From Candidatus Korarchaeum cryptofilum OPF8 (lineage in GTDB: Archaea; Korarchaeota; Korarchaeia; Korarchaeales; Korarchaeaceae), in the NCBI RefSeq assembly GCF_000019605.1, contig NC_010482.1, forward strand, positions 750,001 through 782,000: a DNA stretch of 32,000 nt, read 5' to 3'. The number at the start of each line of letters is the position of its first letter. Position 1 is the first letter of the stretch. The notes beneath the pieces are model-generated. The model did no database searches, was not told the origin of the DNA, and saw only the letters and a program-made list of their open reading frames with translations. Shown piece after piece: positions 15,684 through 23,933 of the stretch. Position numbers and translations under genes: made by a program.

Positions 15684-16102
15684 AAATAGTTGTAGCAACT
15701 CTGGGGAGTAATTCTCGTATCTGCTCAGCCATCGACAATTTAGATAATGCTTAACTTTTAATTGGACAATTTAGTAAAGAGTTTCTGGGGTCTTGAAAGA
15801 TCCAGAAGTTCATTAGTTTGTGGGAGCACTAGAGAATTCCTCCGGAAGGGATATCTTCCGGGGGTAGCTGCTCCTTCTTCGCCAGAAGAATGCCTGCATT
15901 CTTCAAGGATGTAGCCTTGATGTAGTCAGGGGAGGTTTGAAGAGGGATACTTGATATGGGCACTGGGCCATGATACCATCCTCTCCAAATATCCAGAATG
16001 ATCCGAGGCATGAAGAGGCTTTGGAACCCATCAATAATTTCGGATACTGCTTCAGTTTATCTAGAGATGACTGAGTGATGGGAATCTTCGACGGGAGATT
16101 GA

Positions 16103-16122
16103 GTTAAACTTATAAGTTTAAC
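16103..16122. promoter_or_regulatory. Perfect 20-bp palindrome GTTAAACTTATAAGTTTAAC overlapping the TATA of the AbrB-type antitoxin promoter
   Basis: The sequence is its own reverse complement. The central CTTATAAG lies about 26 nt upstream of the ATG at 16138. A half-site copy, TAAACTTAT, recurs at 16131-16139. Confidence 0.6.
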
Positions 16123-16137
16123 CTTTTGGATAAACTT

Positions 16138-16383
16138 ATGAGCGTAGTCAGGGTCCACAAGAAGGGGATAATAGCAATCCCGAAGGGGATGAGGGAGAGG
16201 GCTGGGATAAAAGAGGGGATGCTCCTCCTAATCGAAGCTAGGGATGGGGAGCTTGTCCTGAGGCCCCTCGATCTGTGGGAGAGAATATGGGGCTCCAGTA
16301 AGGGAAGCGCTGAGGAGGTGGAGAGGGAACTTGATGAGGATGAGAGAGCTAGGGAGGAGAGGTTGAGCAGATGGAGAGAGTAG
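16138..16383 (+). CDS. vapB: AbrB/SpoVT/MazE-fold antitoxin (VapB-type)
   Basis: VRVHKKGIIAIPKGMRERAGIKEGMLLLIEARDGELVLRPL is the swapped-hairpin AbrB motif, and the C-terminal tail is acidic. The ORF-track TTG at 16126 is an alternative start. Confidence 0.75.
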   Translation: MSVVRVHKKGIIAIPKGMRERAGIKEGMLLLIEARDGELVLRPLDLWERIWGSSKGSAEEVERELDEDERAREERLSRWRE

Positions 16384-16805
16384 TCATCGATACCTACGCC
16401 CTGATGGCGATGATCTTCGGGGAGCTAACTGAAAAGGCAGAGAGAGCTCTCTTGGATGTAAGATACAGAAGAAAAGAGGGAATTTTGCCATCTACAGTTG
16501 CATATGAGTTCTTTCTTCAGTGGCTCCACGGTAGAATACCATTTAGGAGCGATAGTGAGGTCAAGGGCTTCGTCCTCGGTTATTTCAGGGTGGTCAATTT
16601 CAAGGCGGAGGATTACATAGAGATGGCCAAGTTGAAATATGAGGGTGATAGAATACTTAAACAATCAAATTTCAAAGATAGGCGGTTGAGCTTGGTTAAT
16701 GCCTCGATTCTCCTCGTTTCTTTGAGGGAGAAAGCCCCTATAGTGAGCGGGGATGATGATCTGAGATATGTGGCCTCTATGATGGGAATAGAGATACTGT
16801 GGTAG
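16371..16805 (+). CDS. vapC: PIN-domain ribonuclease toxin (VapC)
   Basis: VVIDTYALMAM, VAYEF and a C-terminal SGDDDL motif are present. A 13-nt overlap links it to the antitoxin gene. Confidence 0.75.
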   Translation: MERVVIDTYALMAMIFGELTEKAERALLDVRYRRKEGILPSTVAYEFFLQWLHGRIPFRSDSEVKGFVLGYFRVVNFKAEDYIEMAKLKYEGDRILKQSNFKDRRLSLVNASILLVSLREKAPIVSGDDDLRYVASMMGIEILW

Positions 16806-16808
16806 CTG

Positions 16809-17066
16809 CTAGAAATTCCAAGCCGTTTTCAGCTTTATCGAATCGCTGAAGCGAAGATTTGAAGTTGAGGAGAGCATAACTATATTCCGATTCGATTGGA
16901 AGGAAGCTTCACGCTTAAAGGAAAATTCGATGAGATTCTCTAAATTAGCGAGGAGTTCTTTATAACTGAGTAGCATGCCTTCATCCTTAGCATCTCCGCA
17001 GAAGCTGAGGGAGAGGGCTCCCCGAGGGACTCCGTGGTTAACTTTATAGATTATAGGTTCTCGCAA
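16809..17066 (-). CDS. Questionable 85-aa ORF filling the vapC / glycosyltransferase spacer
   Basis: The only support is an open frame with a TTG start. Its 5' end overlaps the likely TATA (CTTTATAGATTATAGG, 17042-17057) of the plus-strand glycosyltransferase. Confidence 0.2.
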   Translation of the reverse strand: MREPIIYKVNHGVPRGALSLSFCGDAKDEGMLLSYKELLANLENLIEFSFKREASFQSNRNIVMLSSTSNLRFSDSIKLKTAWNF

Positions 17067-17071
17067 TCCAA

Positions 17072-18037
17072 ATGTTAGGCGTGCTCCTCATCAATCCGAC
17101 ATTCGGTGGGGCTAGCGGGAGCGGGCAACACGTCAAACAACTCTATGAGGCCCTCTCTGGGAGGGTGAATTTCGAGATATGGGATGCCACTAGAGTCGGC
17201 TTCTTGAATCTGCCTATGCTGAGGAGCGCCTCCTTCTACTTCAGATGCCTCATGAGGGAAGTCCCGAGTGGCGTGGATGTGATGCACATACATCAACCTA
17301 AGCTCGCGGGGCTCTTCAGAGAGGGTTACGGGAAGCTCCTGACAGTACATGGGGACCACGAGACCGAGCTCAGGGTCTTGTACGGGCCGATTTCCGAGCC
17401 CATAATATGGTACTTGAATAGGGAGATGAGGAAAGCTGATGTCATAACTACCGTCTCCCCTTACTGGGCCAGGGTCAGGGGATGGACCTGGGTCCCCAAT
17501 ATGATAGATCTCAAGTGGGTCGATTCCATAGCCCCCGCGGGAGCTTATGACATACTCTTCGTGGGCAGGGATAGCCCGGCGAAGGACTATCCTATGTTCA
17601 GGAGGATCGCTGAGCTAGCTTTTAAGGAGTTAGGAATTAAATCAGTAGCTTTAGGCCCATTAAGAGAGGATACGGAATTCTTGACCCATAAGAGGGTCCC
17701 TAGAGAGGATGTCGTCGCTATGATGAAGAGAGCGAGGGCTTTAGTGATAACCTCGAGACAGGAAGGGATGCCGAGCACAATTCTGGAAGCTTGGGCAAGT
17801 AAATGCCCAGTCATAGCTAGAGATATACCCCCTCTCAGGGCCCTACTGGAGGAAGTCCCCGATTCTATGTTGCTATTCGGAGGGGAGGATGAGGCTATAG
17901 AGCAGATAAGGAAGGTGGGAGAGAGTAGCTTCAGGGAGAGCTTAGTGAAGGTCGCGCATGAGAGGGTGAAGGAATTCGATTCAAGGAAAGTATCGGAAAT
18001 ATATTATCGTATATACGAGGAAATAGTTAAGAGATAA
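17072..18037 (+). CDS. Glycosyltransferase, GT4 (GT-B fold) family
   Basis: The N-terminus GGASGSGQHVKQL and the C-terminal ITSRQEGMPSTILEAWASKCPVIARDIPPLRALL match the E-x7-E region of GT4 enzymes. Confidence 0.8.
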   Translation: MLGVLLINPTFGGASGSGQHVKQLYEALSGRVNFEIWDATRVGFLNLPMLRSASFYFRCLMREVPSGVDVMHIHQPKLAGLFREGYGKLLTVHGDHETELRVLYGPISEPIIWYLNREMRKADVITTVSPYWARVRGWTWVPNMIDLKWVDSIAPAGAYDILFVGRDSPAKDYPMFRRIAELAFKELGIKSVALGPLREDTEFLTHKRVPREDVVAMMKRARALVITSRQEGMPSTILEAWASKCPVIARDIPPLRALLEEVPDSMLLFGGEDEAIEQIRKVGESSFRESLVKVAHERVKEFDSRKVSEIYYRIYEEIVKR

Positions 18038-18072
18038 TTAGTTATATTATAAAAGCTGACTCTGGAGCTGAG

Positions 18073-18390
18073 TCATTTAGTCCAGAGGACCGGACCTCTC
18101 CCCTTCAACTTTGAGAAGTGCTCCTCATCCTTCGTCCAGAGGGGGTCCTAGAGATGGAAGTAGCGCCTATGAGGAGATCTCTCTCATCCATAGTCTCCCC
18201 TTTACCCCTCTCTCCAGAGGATAGGAGTCCCTATCACCTCATTATCGAGTGGTATGATTCCAAATATCTCCTCCACAACTGCTTTAATTGGATCGGACTT
18301 CCCCTGATGAACTAGTTAGAGTTGCTACGGAAATGTAGCGAGGTAGCTCCTCTGCCCATATCTATCAGGATCCCTCTAGCCTTAATTTCA
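18073..18390 (-). pseudogene. Decayed PIN-domain (VapC) gene with several frameshifts
   Basis: Minus-strand pieces lie in different frames: GILID..., WAEELPRYISVATLT, LVHQGKSDPIKAVVEEIFGIIPLDNEVIGTPILWREG*, GETMDERDLLIGATSIS, LGPPL and TKDEEHFSKLKGRGPVLWTK* (stop 18073-18075). The order of the acidic motifs is PIN-like. Confidence 0.5.
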
Positions 18391-18550
18391 GCTTCACCTC
18401 CTCATAAGAGGAGTCTAGCTCTATTTTCCTCAGCTCTTCCAATGCTCTCTTGATTTTCTCTCTCCTGTAATTCAAAATCCCAAGTAAGATTTTATTCAAT
18501 GCTTTCCTCCCTCTCAGCTCAGCCGAGGGCTTCTCTCTCATCATGGGCAT
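18365..18550 (-). CDS. Small basic helical ORF, possible cognate antitoxin of the decayed VapC
   Basis: The 61-aa ORF sits immediately upstream of, and overlaps, the 5' end of the PIN remnant. No family was recognised. Confidence 0.3.
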   Translation of the reverse strand: MPMMREKPSAELRGRKALNKILLGILNYRREKIKRALEELRKIELDSSYEEVKLKLRLEGS

Positions 18551-18610
18551 TTGAATTATGTCAAAATATTTATTATCGCATGGTCCACCTGGGGATACTG
18601 CGAGTCGCTC

Positions 18611-18904
18611 CTAGCCTGAGGGTATTATCCTGAGGACAAATCCAAAGAGGATGCCCAGTATCATGAAGAATAGGACTATTATGGCGACAGCTGCGTTATA
18701 AAACTCCCTAGATGAAGAGAAAGCAATGATAGCAGCTACTACTCTGACCATAGGGGTCAGGACCAAGATGAGTGTCCCGGCTAGGATGAAAGTAGAGTAA
18801 ATTTTCACTCCCAGTAGGTCCAGTAGGATGCCTATGGAGAGGAGGGAGAAGCTCATTATCATACCTGCTGTGAGCGTGAGGTAGACTGCTCTCTCAACTT
18901 CCAT
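18611..18904 (-). CDS. DUF1634 family small membrane protein
   Basis: The 97-aa product has three hydrophobic helices and LTPMVRVVAAIIAF. It overlaps the upstream TauE/SafE gene by 11 nt, which is the usual pairing for this family. Confidence 0.65.
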   Translation of the reverse strand: MEVERAVYLTLTAGMIMSFSLLSIGILLDLLGVKIYSTFILAGTLILVLTPMVRVVAAIIAFSSSREFYNAAVAIIVLFFMILGILFGFVLRIIPSG

Positions 18905-19751
18905 ATATACCCCTCAAGATCATATTGTAAGCGAAGTAAAGAAGCAATAAGCCGAATGTCAGCTTTATGAAACTAGCTTTCATCCTATTCATGACATAAG
19001 TCCCGGCAGTTGCTCCTATCATAACGCCCACCGCTACTGGAGCCACAGCTTCGCCATTGACTAGCCCGTAAGCTAGGTAGAGTAGGGCCCCCGTGGATGC
19101 CGTCACCCCTATCATGAACTTGCTAGTGGCTACGGCAGCTTTCATAGGCACGTTCATCAATTGATTCATTATAGGCACTTTTATTATCCCCCCTCCCAGC
19201 CCCAGCATCGCTGAAATAATGCCAGCTAAGTAAGAAGCTATTAATCCGGATTTAGTTCTCACTACCGTGTATTTTACCTCCTTCCCTTCAGCTAAATCCG
19301 GATAGCTGTTAGAGAATCCCAGTTTCCTCGCTATCCCATCCTCCTTCCCGAGGAAGAGATCCTTCCTGAGCTTCTCCTCCTCCCTCCTCCTCGTCGATAT
19401 CTGCGATATAGATAGGTATATCAAGAGGAGCCCCATCATCAAATATAGGAGAGAGGATGGCATTTTAATAGTCAGAAGGGCTCCGGAAACAGCCCCTGCT
19501 GTTGTCGCTGTCTCGAGGAACATCCCCAGTCTCACGTTAGTCATCCTCTGATCCACATATCTGGATGCCCCCGCTATGCTAGTCGCGACCACGCTAACTA
19601 TACTCACGGCTATCGCTTCCTTTATGCTGAAGCCGAAGAACATGACCAAGCAGGGTATTATGATGACCCCGCCCCCTATCCCGAGGACGGCGCCGAAGAG
19701 CCCCGCTATGGTGCCCATCAGCAGCATTAGCAGAGAGGCCACTGGATCCAT
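18894..19751 (-). CDS. TauE/SafE (DUF81) family anion exporter
   Basis: The 285-aa product has duplicated halves, each beginning GxxxGxLGIGGGxIxxP (GLFGAVLGIGGGVIIIP and MLGLGGGIIKVP). A TTATAAATG box lies about 22 nt upstream. Confidence 0.85.
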   Translation of the reverse strand: MDPVASLLMLLMGTIAGLFGAVLGIGGGVIIIPCLVMFFGFSIKEAIAVSIVSVVATSIAGASRYVDQRMTNVRLGMFLETATTAGAVSGALLTIKMPSSLLYLMMGLLLIYLSISQISTRRREEEKLRKDLFLGKEDGIARKLGFSNSYPDLAEGKEVKYTVVRTKSGLIASYLAGIISAMLGLGGGIIKVPIMNQLMNVPMKAAVATSKFMIGVTASTGALLYLAYGLVNGEAVAPVAVGVMIGATAGTYVMNRMKASFIKLTFGLLLLYFAYNMILRGIYGS

Positions 19752-19779
19752 CGGGACCTCTCGGAGCTTTCATTTATAA

Positions 19780-20931
19780 TCATGGCGATGAGGAAGTTTC
19801 TTCAGATTTCCCCATTTTGAGCAGTATAAGTAAGCCCAGTGTGTTTATCAAGCAGCCGATGACGAAGGGAGCCCAGTGCCCCATGTACCAAGTTAGGCCG
19901 GCCATCAAATTACCCAGGGAGCTTAGGATGAATGTTATAGAGTCCAGGGAGCCTATAGCTGTTGCTACTTCCCTCTCAGATATTCCTACGAGCAATAACC
20001 TCCTAGCCGGGAGATCCATAGCCCCGACGAATCCCTGAATGAGCATTAAAGCGTATATCAGCATCTCATCCTTCAGGAATGGGTAGATCCACCAGACAGC
20101 TGAGGAAGCTGCTAAATGGTATATGAGCATCTCCCTCCCCCCTATCCTATCGGTAACCCTCCCCAATGGAACGGTGGCGATGAGATTCCCGAAGCTCCAG
20201 AGGGATAGGGCGAATCCTATCTGGGGCTCGCTCATCCCCTGATCCAGCCTGGCCACTAGGGGTATGAAAGTGAAGGACATCGTGAACCCTATCCCGTGGA
20301 GGGAGAGTGCTACAGCTAAATAGCTCAGATATCTGTTCCTGAATAGTATGTTGACTCCCTTCCTCAGGTCCTCCAGCAAGTTCACGCTCACCTTAGCTTC
20401 CTCATCCCTGAACCAGAGCCAAGTCAGCGCTGCTGAGATCAAGCTCAAGGTTCCACCGGATACGAAAGCTGCCCCATAACCTCCTAACTTTATTATATTG
20501 CCCGAGAGAGCCTGGCCCACTATCTGGCCCGCCGTCAGGAAGAAGTAATACCAACCGTAAGATGTAGCGGTCCCCCGGGAGACCTCGGATACTAAGGCTA
20601 GGGCTGCTGGGCTGTAGATGGAGTAAGCCACCCAAGCTAGTATCACCATGGTGATCGCCAGATACTGGGATCTGAGGAGGGAGAGGAAGAGCATGGATAG
20701 TGCTCCGAGGATGAAGCCGATTAGCATAGGGTAATACCTTCCCACCCTATCGGCCATAGCGCCCGAGAACATAGAGGCTAAGCCGTAGCCCAATCGGGCC
20801 AGCGTCATAGCGAGCCCTATCAGGAATTCTGGCATGCCTATATCACTGAAATAGAGGACTATCAGTGAAGTAGCCAGGTAGAAGCCTGCGTTGAATAGCG
20901 ATGTTATCGCTGATAGCTTGAATATTTTCAT
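19780..20931 (-). CDS. MFS transporter
   Basis: The 383-aa product has about 12 hydrophobic segments and an MFS loop motif, GAMADRVGRY. An ATGA start/stop overlap links it to the upstream aminotransferase. Confidence 0.85.
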   Translation of the reverse strand: MKIFKLSAITSLFNAGFYLATSLIVLYFSDIGMPEFLIGLAMTLARLGYGLASMFSGAMADRVGRYYPMLIGFILGALSMLFLSLLRSQYLAITMVILAWVAYSIYSPAALALVSEVSRGTATSYGWYYFFLTAGQIVGQALSGNIIKLGGYGAAFVSGGTLSLISAALTWLWFRDEEAKVSVNLLEDLRKGVNILFRNRYLSYLAVALSLHGIGFTMSFTFIPLVARLDQGMSEPQIGFALSLWSFGNLIATVPLGRVTDRIGGREMLIYHLAASSAVWWIYPFLKDEMLIYALMLIQGFVGAMDLPARRLLLVGISEREVATAIGSLDSITFILSSLGNLMAGLTWYMGHWAPFVIGCLINTLGLLILLKMGKSEETSSSP

Positions 20932-22055
20932 TTACCCACCTTCGAGATGGAATCCAGGAATTCGCCCAGCCTCCTCGCTCCCTCCTCGAAGACCTCGGGC
21001 CTCGCCCCGAAGCCTATCCTCAAGTGCCTCTCTATGCCGAAGCAGGACCCTGGTACTAAGAAAGTTCCCTTCTCCTTCAGAAGCCTTAAAGCGAGCTCCT
21101 CAGATCCAATATCCAGATCGTATCCGGGGAAGGCCACGCTCCCGGCCCTAGGCGGGACCCAGTGAAGGTAGTCCCTGCTCTCTATCAGTTGCCTGAGTAA
21201 GGATAGATTCCTCCTCAGAATTTGGAGGCTCCTCTCATATATCCTCTCGACATTCTTCATAGCTTCCGCGGCTATCCTCTCAACTAAGACGCTGTTGCTT
21301 ATCGACATGTAATCCCTCCTGAGCTTTATCTCCTCTATCAGCTCCCTGTCCCTGGTCGCTATCCACCCCAGCCTCAGGCCAGTCAGGGAGAGGGGCTTCG
21401 AGAAGGACCTCGTCACCACAGCTCTCTCGCTGAGGTCCGCGGCTGATGGTACCGAGCTTCCATCCAAGAAGAGGCCATGATAAGATTCATCGCAGAGGAG
21501 GCGGGAGCCCGAATCCTCCACTATCCTTATTATCTCCCTTAGGGTCTTCTCATCTATCAGGCTGCCGGTTGGATTGTGCGGATTATTTATCACTACGAGC
21601 TTAGTCCTCTCATCCACCTTCCTCTCGAGTTCTTCTAGATTCGGGAGCCAAGATTCCTCCTCCTTCAGCTCCAGGAGATCTACTTCCGCTCCCAGGGATT
21701 CGGGCGCGCTGTAGAGCTGCTGATAGGCGGGGAAAATGGATACTACTTTATCTCCAGGCTCCAATAATGTGTAGAATACCTGGAAATTCGCATCTATAGC
21801 TCCTTTCGTTACTAGGATTTCATCCGGTTCCAGCTTCCTGTATAGCTTAGCTATCCCCTCCCTGAGCTCGGGGAGGCCCTCAGTATAGCCATAATCGAGG
21901 ACCAGATCCCTCAGCTCCTCCATCAAATCCTTACCTATTAAGCTGAGGAGTTCGCTCAGCTTGAATGGGGCGACGCAAGTCTCAGCTATGTTGAATTTGG
22001 CCAAGTGCTCGTAGGAGCTCATGAACCTCTCGACTAGGAAAGGCTTGACCTTCAT
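20928..22055 (-). CDS. Class I/II PLP-dependent aminotransferase
   Basis: NNPHNPTGS and the PLP-lysine motif SFSKPLSLTGLRLGW are present, and RIGFG occurs near the C-terminus. Confidence 0.85.
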   Translation of the reverse strand: MKVKPFLVERFMSSYEHLAKFNIAETCVAPFKLSELLSLIGKDLMEELRDLVLDYGYTEGLPELREGIAKLYRKLEPDEILVTKGAIDANFQVFYTLLEPGDKVVSIFPAYQQLYSAPESLGAEVDLLELKEEESWLPNLEELERKVDERTKLVVINNPHNPTGSLIDEKTLREIIRIVEDSGSRLLCDESYHGLFLDGSSVPSAADLSERAVVTRSFSKPLSLTGLRLGWIATRDRELIEEIKLRRDYMSISNSVLVERIAAEAMKNVERIYERSLQILRRNLSLLRQLIESRDYLHWVPPRAGSVAFPGYDLDIGSEELALRLLKEKGTFLVPGSCFGIERHLRIGFGARPEVFEEGARRLGEFLDSISKVGK

Positions 22056-22207
22056 GCGATCCCCGGGCGATGAGTCGGTAAATTATAAAGTGCTTACCGA
22101 GGCTAGAGATCGCCTCGCGATGCGGAGTAATCTTTCACAATTTTTTACAGATAGTCCCATTCACCATGGCAGAGTAACTTTTTAAGGGCTGAAAGCAATA
22201 AGCAAAT

Positions 22208-22768
22208 ATGTATTTGAGGGAAGTGAAGAACTGGTCTGACAGGAAAGGCGTCCTTTATGCCAGAGTCGACGTGCCTGAATTCTCCGAAGTTATCCTGCGT
22301 GATGTGATCATAATGTCCACGAGATGGTGGGCTGATTTCATGTCGGGCATATCGGCCCTCATGGGGGAGAAGGCCCTCAGGCCCGTCCTCTATTACTCAG
22401 CTTACCGGATGATGAAGCAGCACAACCAGAAGGGAGTCATGAAGATAATTAAGGAGGGCAAATTGACTAGGAAGAGGATATTCGAGATAGCTTGCGATAT
22501 ATTCTCAACCCTGGGCTTCGGAGAGGTGAGGAGCATAGAGCTGATCGGAGGTAAGATAAGGATCACAGTCAAGGATTCATTCGAGGCCAGGGGAAGGAGA
22601 GCCGATGCTCCGGTCTGTCATTTCGTAGCCGGAATATTATCGGCGATAGTTGAGGATGTCTTCAGCATAAGGACGGGTCCCCTCGTGGAGGAGAGCTGCG
22701 CCGCTACTGGAAATGATTTCTGCACTTTCTCAGCCGAGGTGATGGAACTTGGGGTTAATAGCATCTAG
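22208..22768 (+). CDS. corQ: V4R (4-vinyl reductase) domain protein, CorQ-like
   Basis: The C-terminal half LGFGEVRSIELIGGKIRITVKDSFE.....ADAPVCHFVAGILSAIVEDVF......VEESCAATGNDFCTFSAEV is the V4R pattern (C.F..G.L.G....E..C...G...C.F). TATA-like CTTTTTAAGG lies about 28 nt upstream. Confidence 0.75.
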   Translation: MYLREVKNWSDRKGVLYARVDVPEFSEVILRDVIIMSTRWWADFMSGISALMGEKALRPVLYYSAYRMMKQHNQKGVMKIIKEGKLTRKRIFEIACDIFSTLGFGEVRSIELIGGKIRITVKDSFEARGRRADAPVCHFVAGILSAIVEDVFSIRTGPLVEESCAATGNDFCTFSAEVMELGVNSI

Positions 22769-23867
22769 GGAAGTTGAGCTCATCGTCAGGGCTGTTGGTA
22801 AGTGTTATTTAAGCTGCCCCCACTGTAATTGGAATGAGGAGATCCGTGAGGCATACCTCAGGGAGTCCTCCCTGGAGCTCCTGCTGGATATACTCATAGG
22901 GGAGGGATACAAGCCCGAAGTATACTTCTCTTGCCCAGATCCCCTGCTTCACCCCTCTCTTTCATCCCTGATAAGTGCCCCCATTGAGAGGGGACTCAAA
23001 TCGACTGTCCTGGTCCCCGCGAGGACTAGATCGGATAGGAAAGCTTGGGAATCTCTCCTCAATGCGAGCAGGATTTTCATCTTTTCATCCTCAATAAGGG
23101 ATCTCAGGGGATCAAAGGAATTCCTCAAGTTCCTCATCTCAAATGGATCCGACTTGAAGCTCATGTTCCTTCGAGGCTCGAAGGATGATTTGAATCAGAT
23201 CCTAGAGTTCGCGAGGGATATGGGGCTGGAGCTATGGGTAGCCCCTCCTCTATTCAGGATTCCAAAGGTTGAGGGATTAGATGAGAATTTGGAGCTCGGT
23301 AAACAAGTAGCAAAATTCATGGGCATTTATGACGTCAGGATAGCGTTCAAAGGGGACTTCCCGTTCAAAATAATTGAGGGTCCGAGGTGCGAGATAGGGT
23401 GCAAGCTCCTCTACCTTGACCCAGAGGGGAGATTGGGTAGATGCCCGTTTAATGCGATGGATCAGCTCAACTCTCCTCCTCTGGAGGCGATTCGCATACT
23501 GGATGAGAGTTGCGAGAGGGGAGAGGGGAGGAAATTTGAGCTCGTTCCCTCCATCAAGTTGATAACTGGGAACGGGGAGGAAATTTATGAGAGGGATCTG
23601 GAGCTCCTCTCACTCATAGAAGAGCTTGGGAGTTTGAGCCAAGCGGCGAGAACTATTGGAGCGACACCATCATCTATCTTCAAGAGGATAAGGAGAATGG
23701 AGGGGGTGCTGGGGTTACGCTTGATCACGAGCTCCAGGGGGGGATACCTGAGGGGAGGTGTCAGGCTCACGCCGGAGTGCGAGGGGCTCGTGAGGAGGTA
23801 TAGGGAGCTTAAGGTATCAATTATTAACAGATACCGTCTTTCCCTAATGGAAAAATTGGATGGTTAG
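22749..23867 (+). CDS. corR: CorR-like regulator: radical-SAM/SPASM-like Cys domain fused to a C-terminal ModE/LysR-type HTH
   Basis: A Cx3Cx2C motif (CYLSCPHC) lies at 22803-22826, and a second Cys group reads CEIGCKLLYLDPEGRLGRCPF. The C-terminus (about 23589-23800) reads LELLSLIEELGSLSQAARTIGATPSSIFKRIRRMEGVLGLRLITSSRGG..RGGVRLTPECEGLV, a ModE-N/LysR HTH pattern. The start is uncertain (TTG at 22749 overlaps corQ). Confidence 0.7.
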   Translation: MGLIASREVELIVRAVGKCYLSCPHCNWNEEIREAYLRESSLELLLDILIGEGYKPEVYFSCPDPLLHPSLSSLISAPIERGLKSTVLVPARTRSDRKAWESLLNASRIFIFSSSIRDLRGSKEFLKFLISNGSDLKLMFLRGSKDDLNQILEFARDMGLELWVAPPLFRIPKVEGLDENLELGKQVAKFMGIYDVRIAFKGDFPFKIIEGPRCEIGCKLLYLDPEGRLGRCPFNAMDQLNSPPLEAIRILDESCERGEGRKFELVPSIKLITGNGEEIYERDLELLSLIEELGSLSQAARTIGATPSSIFKRIRRMEGVLGLRLITSSRGGYLRGGVRLTPECEGLVRRYRELKVSIINRYRLSLMEKLDG

Positions 23868-23883
23868 AGCTTAGGAAAATCTG

Positions 23884-23925
23884 AAATTCGGAATGCTTAT
23901 TTTCTATGAATTCCTTAAATTCCGG
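23884..23925 (+). promoter_or_regulatory. cooF promoter with repeats bracketing the TATA box
   Basis: The TATA-like TTATTTTCTA (23897-23906) is flanked by the inverted pair GGAAT (23890-23894) / ATTCC (23910-23914). A direct repeat AAATTCGG (23884-23891) / AAATTCCGG (23917-23925) also flanks it. The cooF ATG is at 23934. Confidence 0.35.
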
Positions 23926-23933
23926 GGGATCCC

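Noticed and set aside
15829-16011. 60-aa minus-strand ORF (MPRIILDIWRGWYHGP...) as a real gene
   Set aside because: It has no family resemblance, promoter or SD, and its 3' end is occupied by the strong hairpin. I kept it only as a possible remnant within the intergenic finding.
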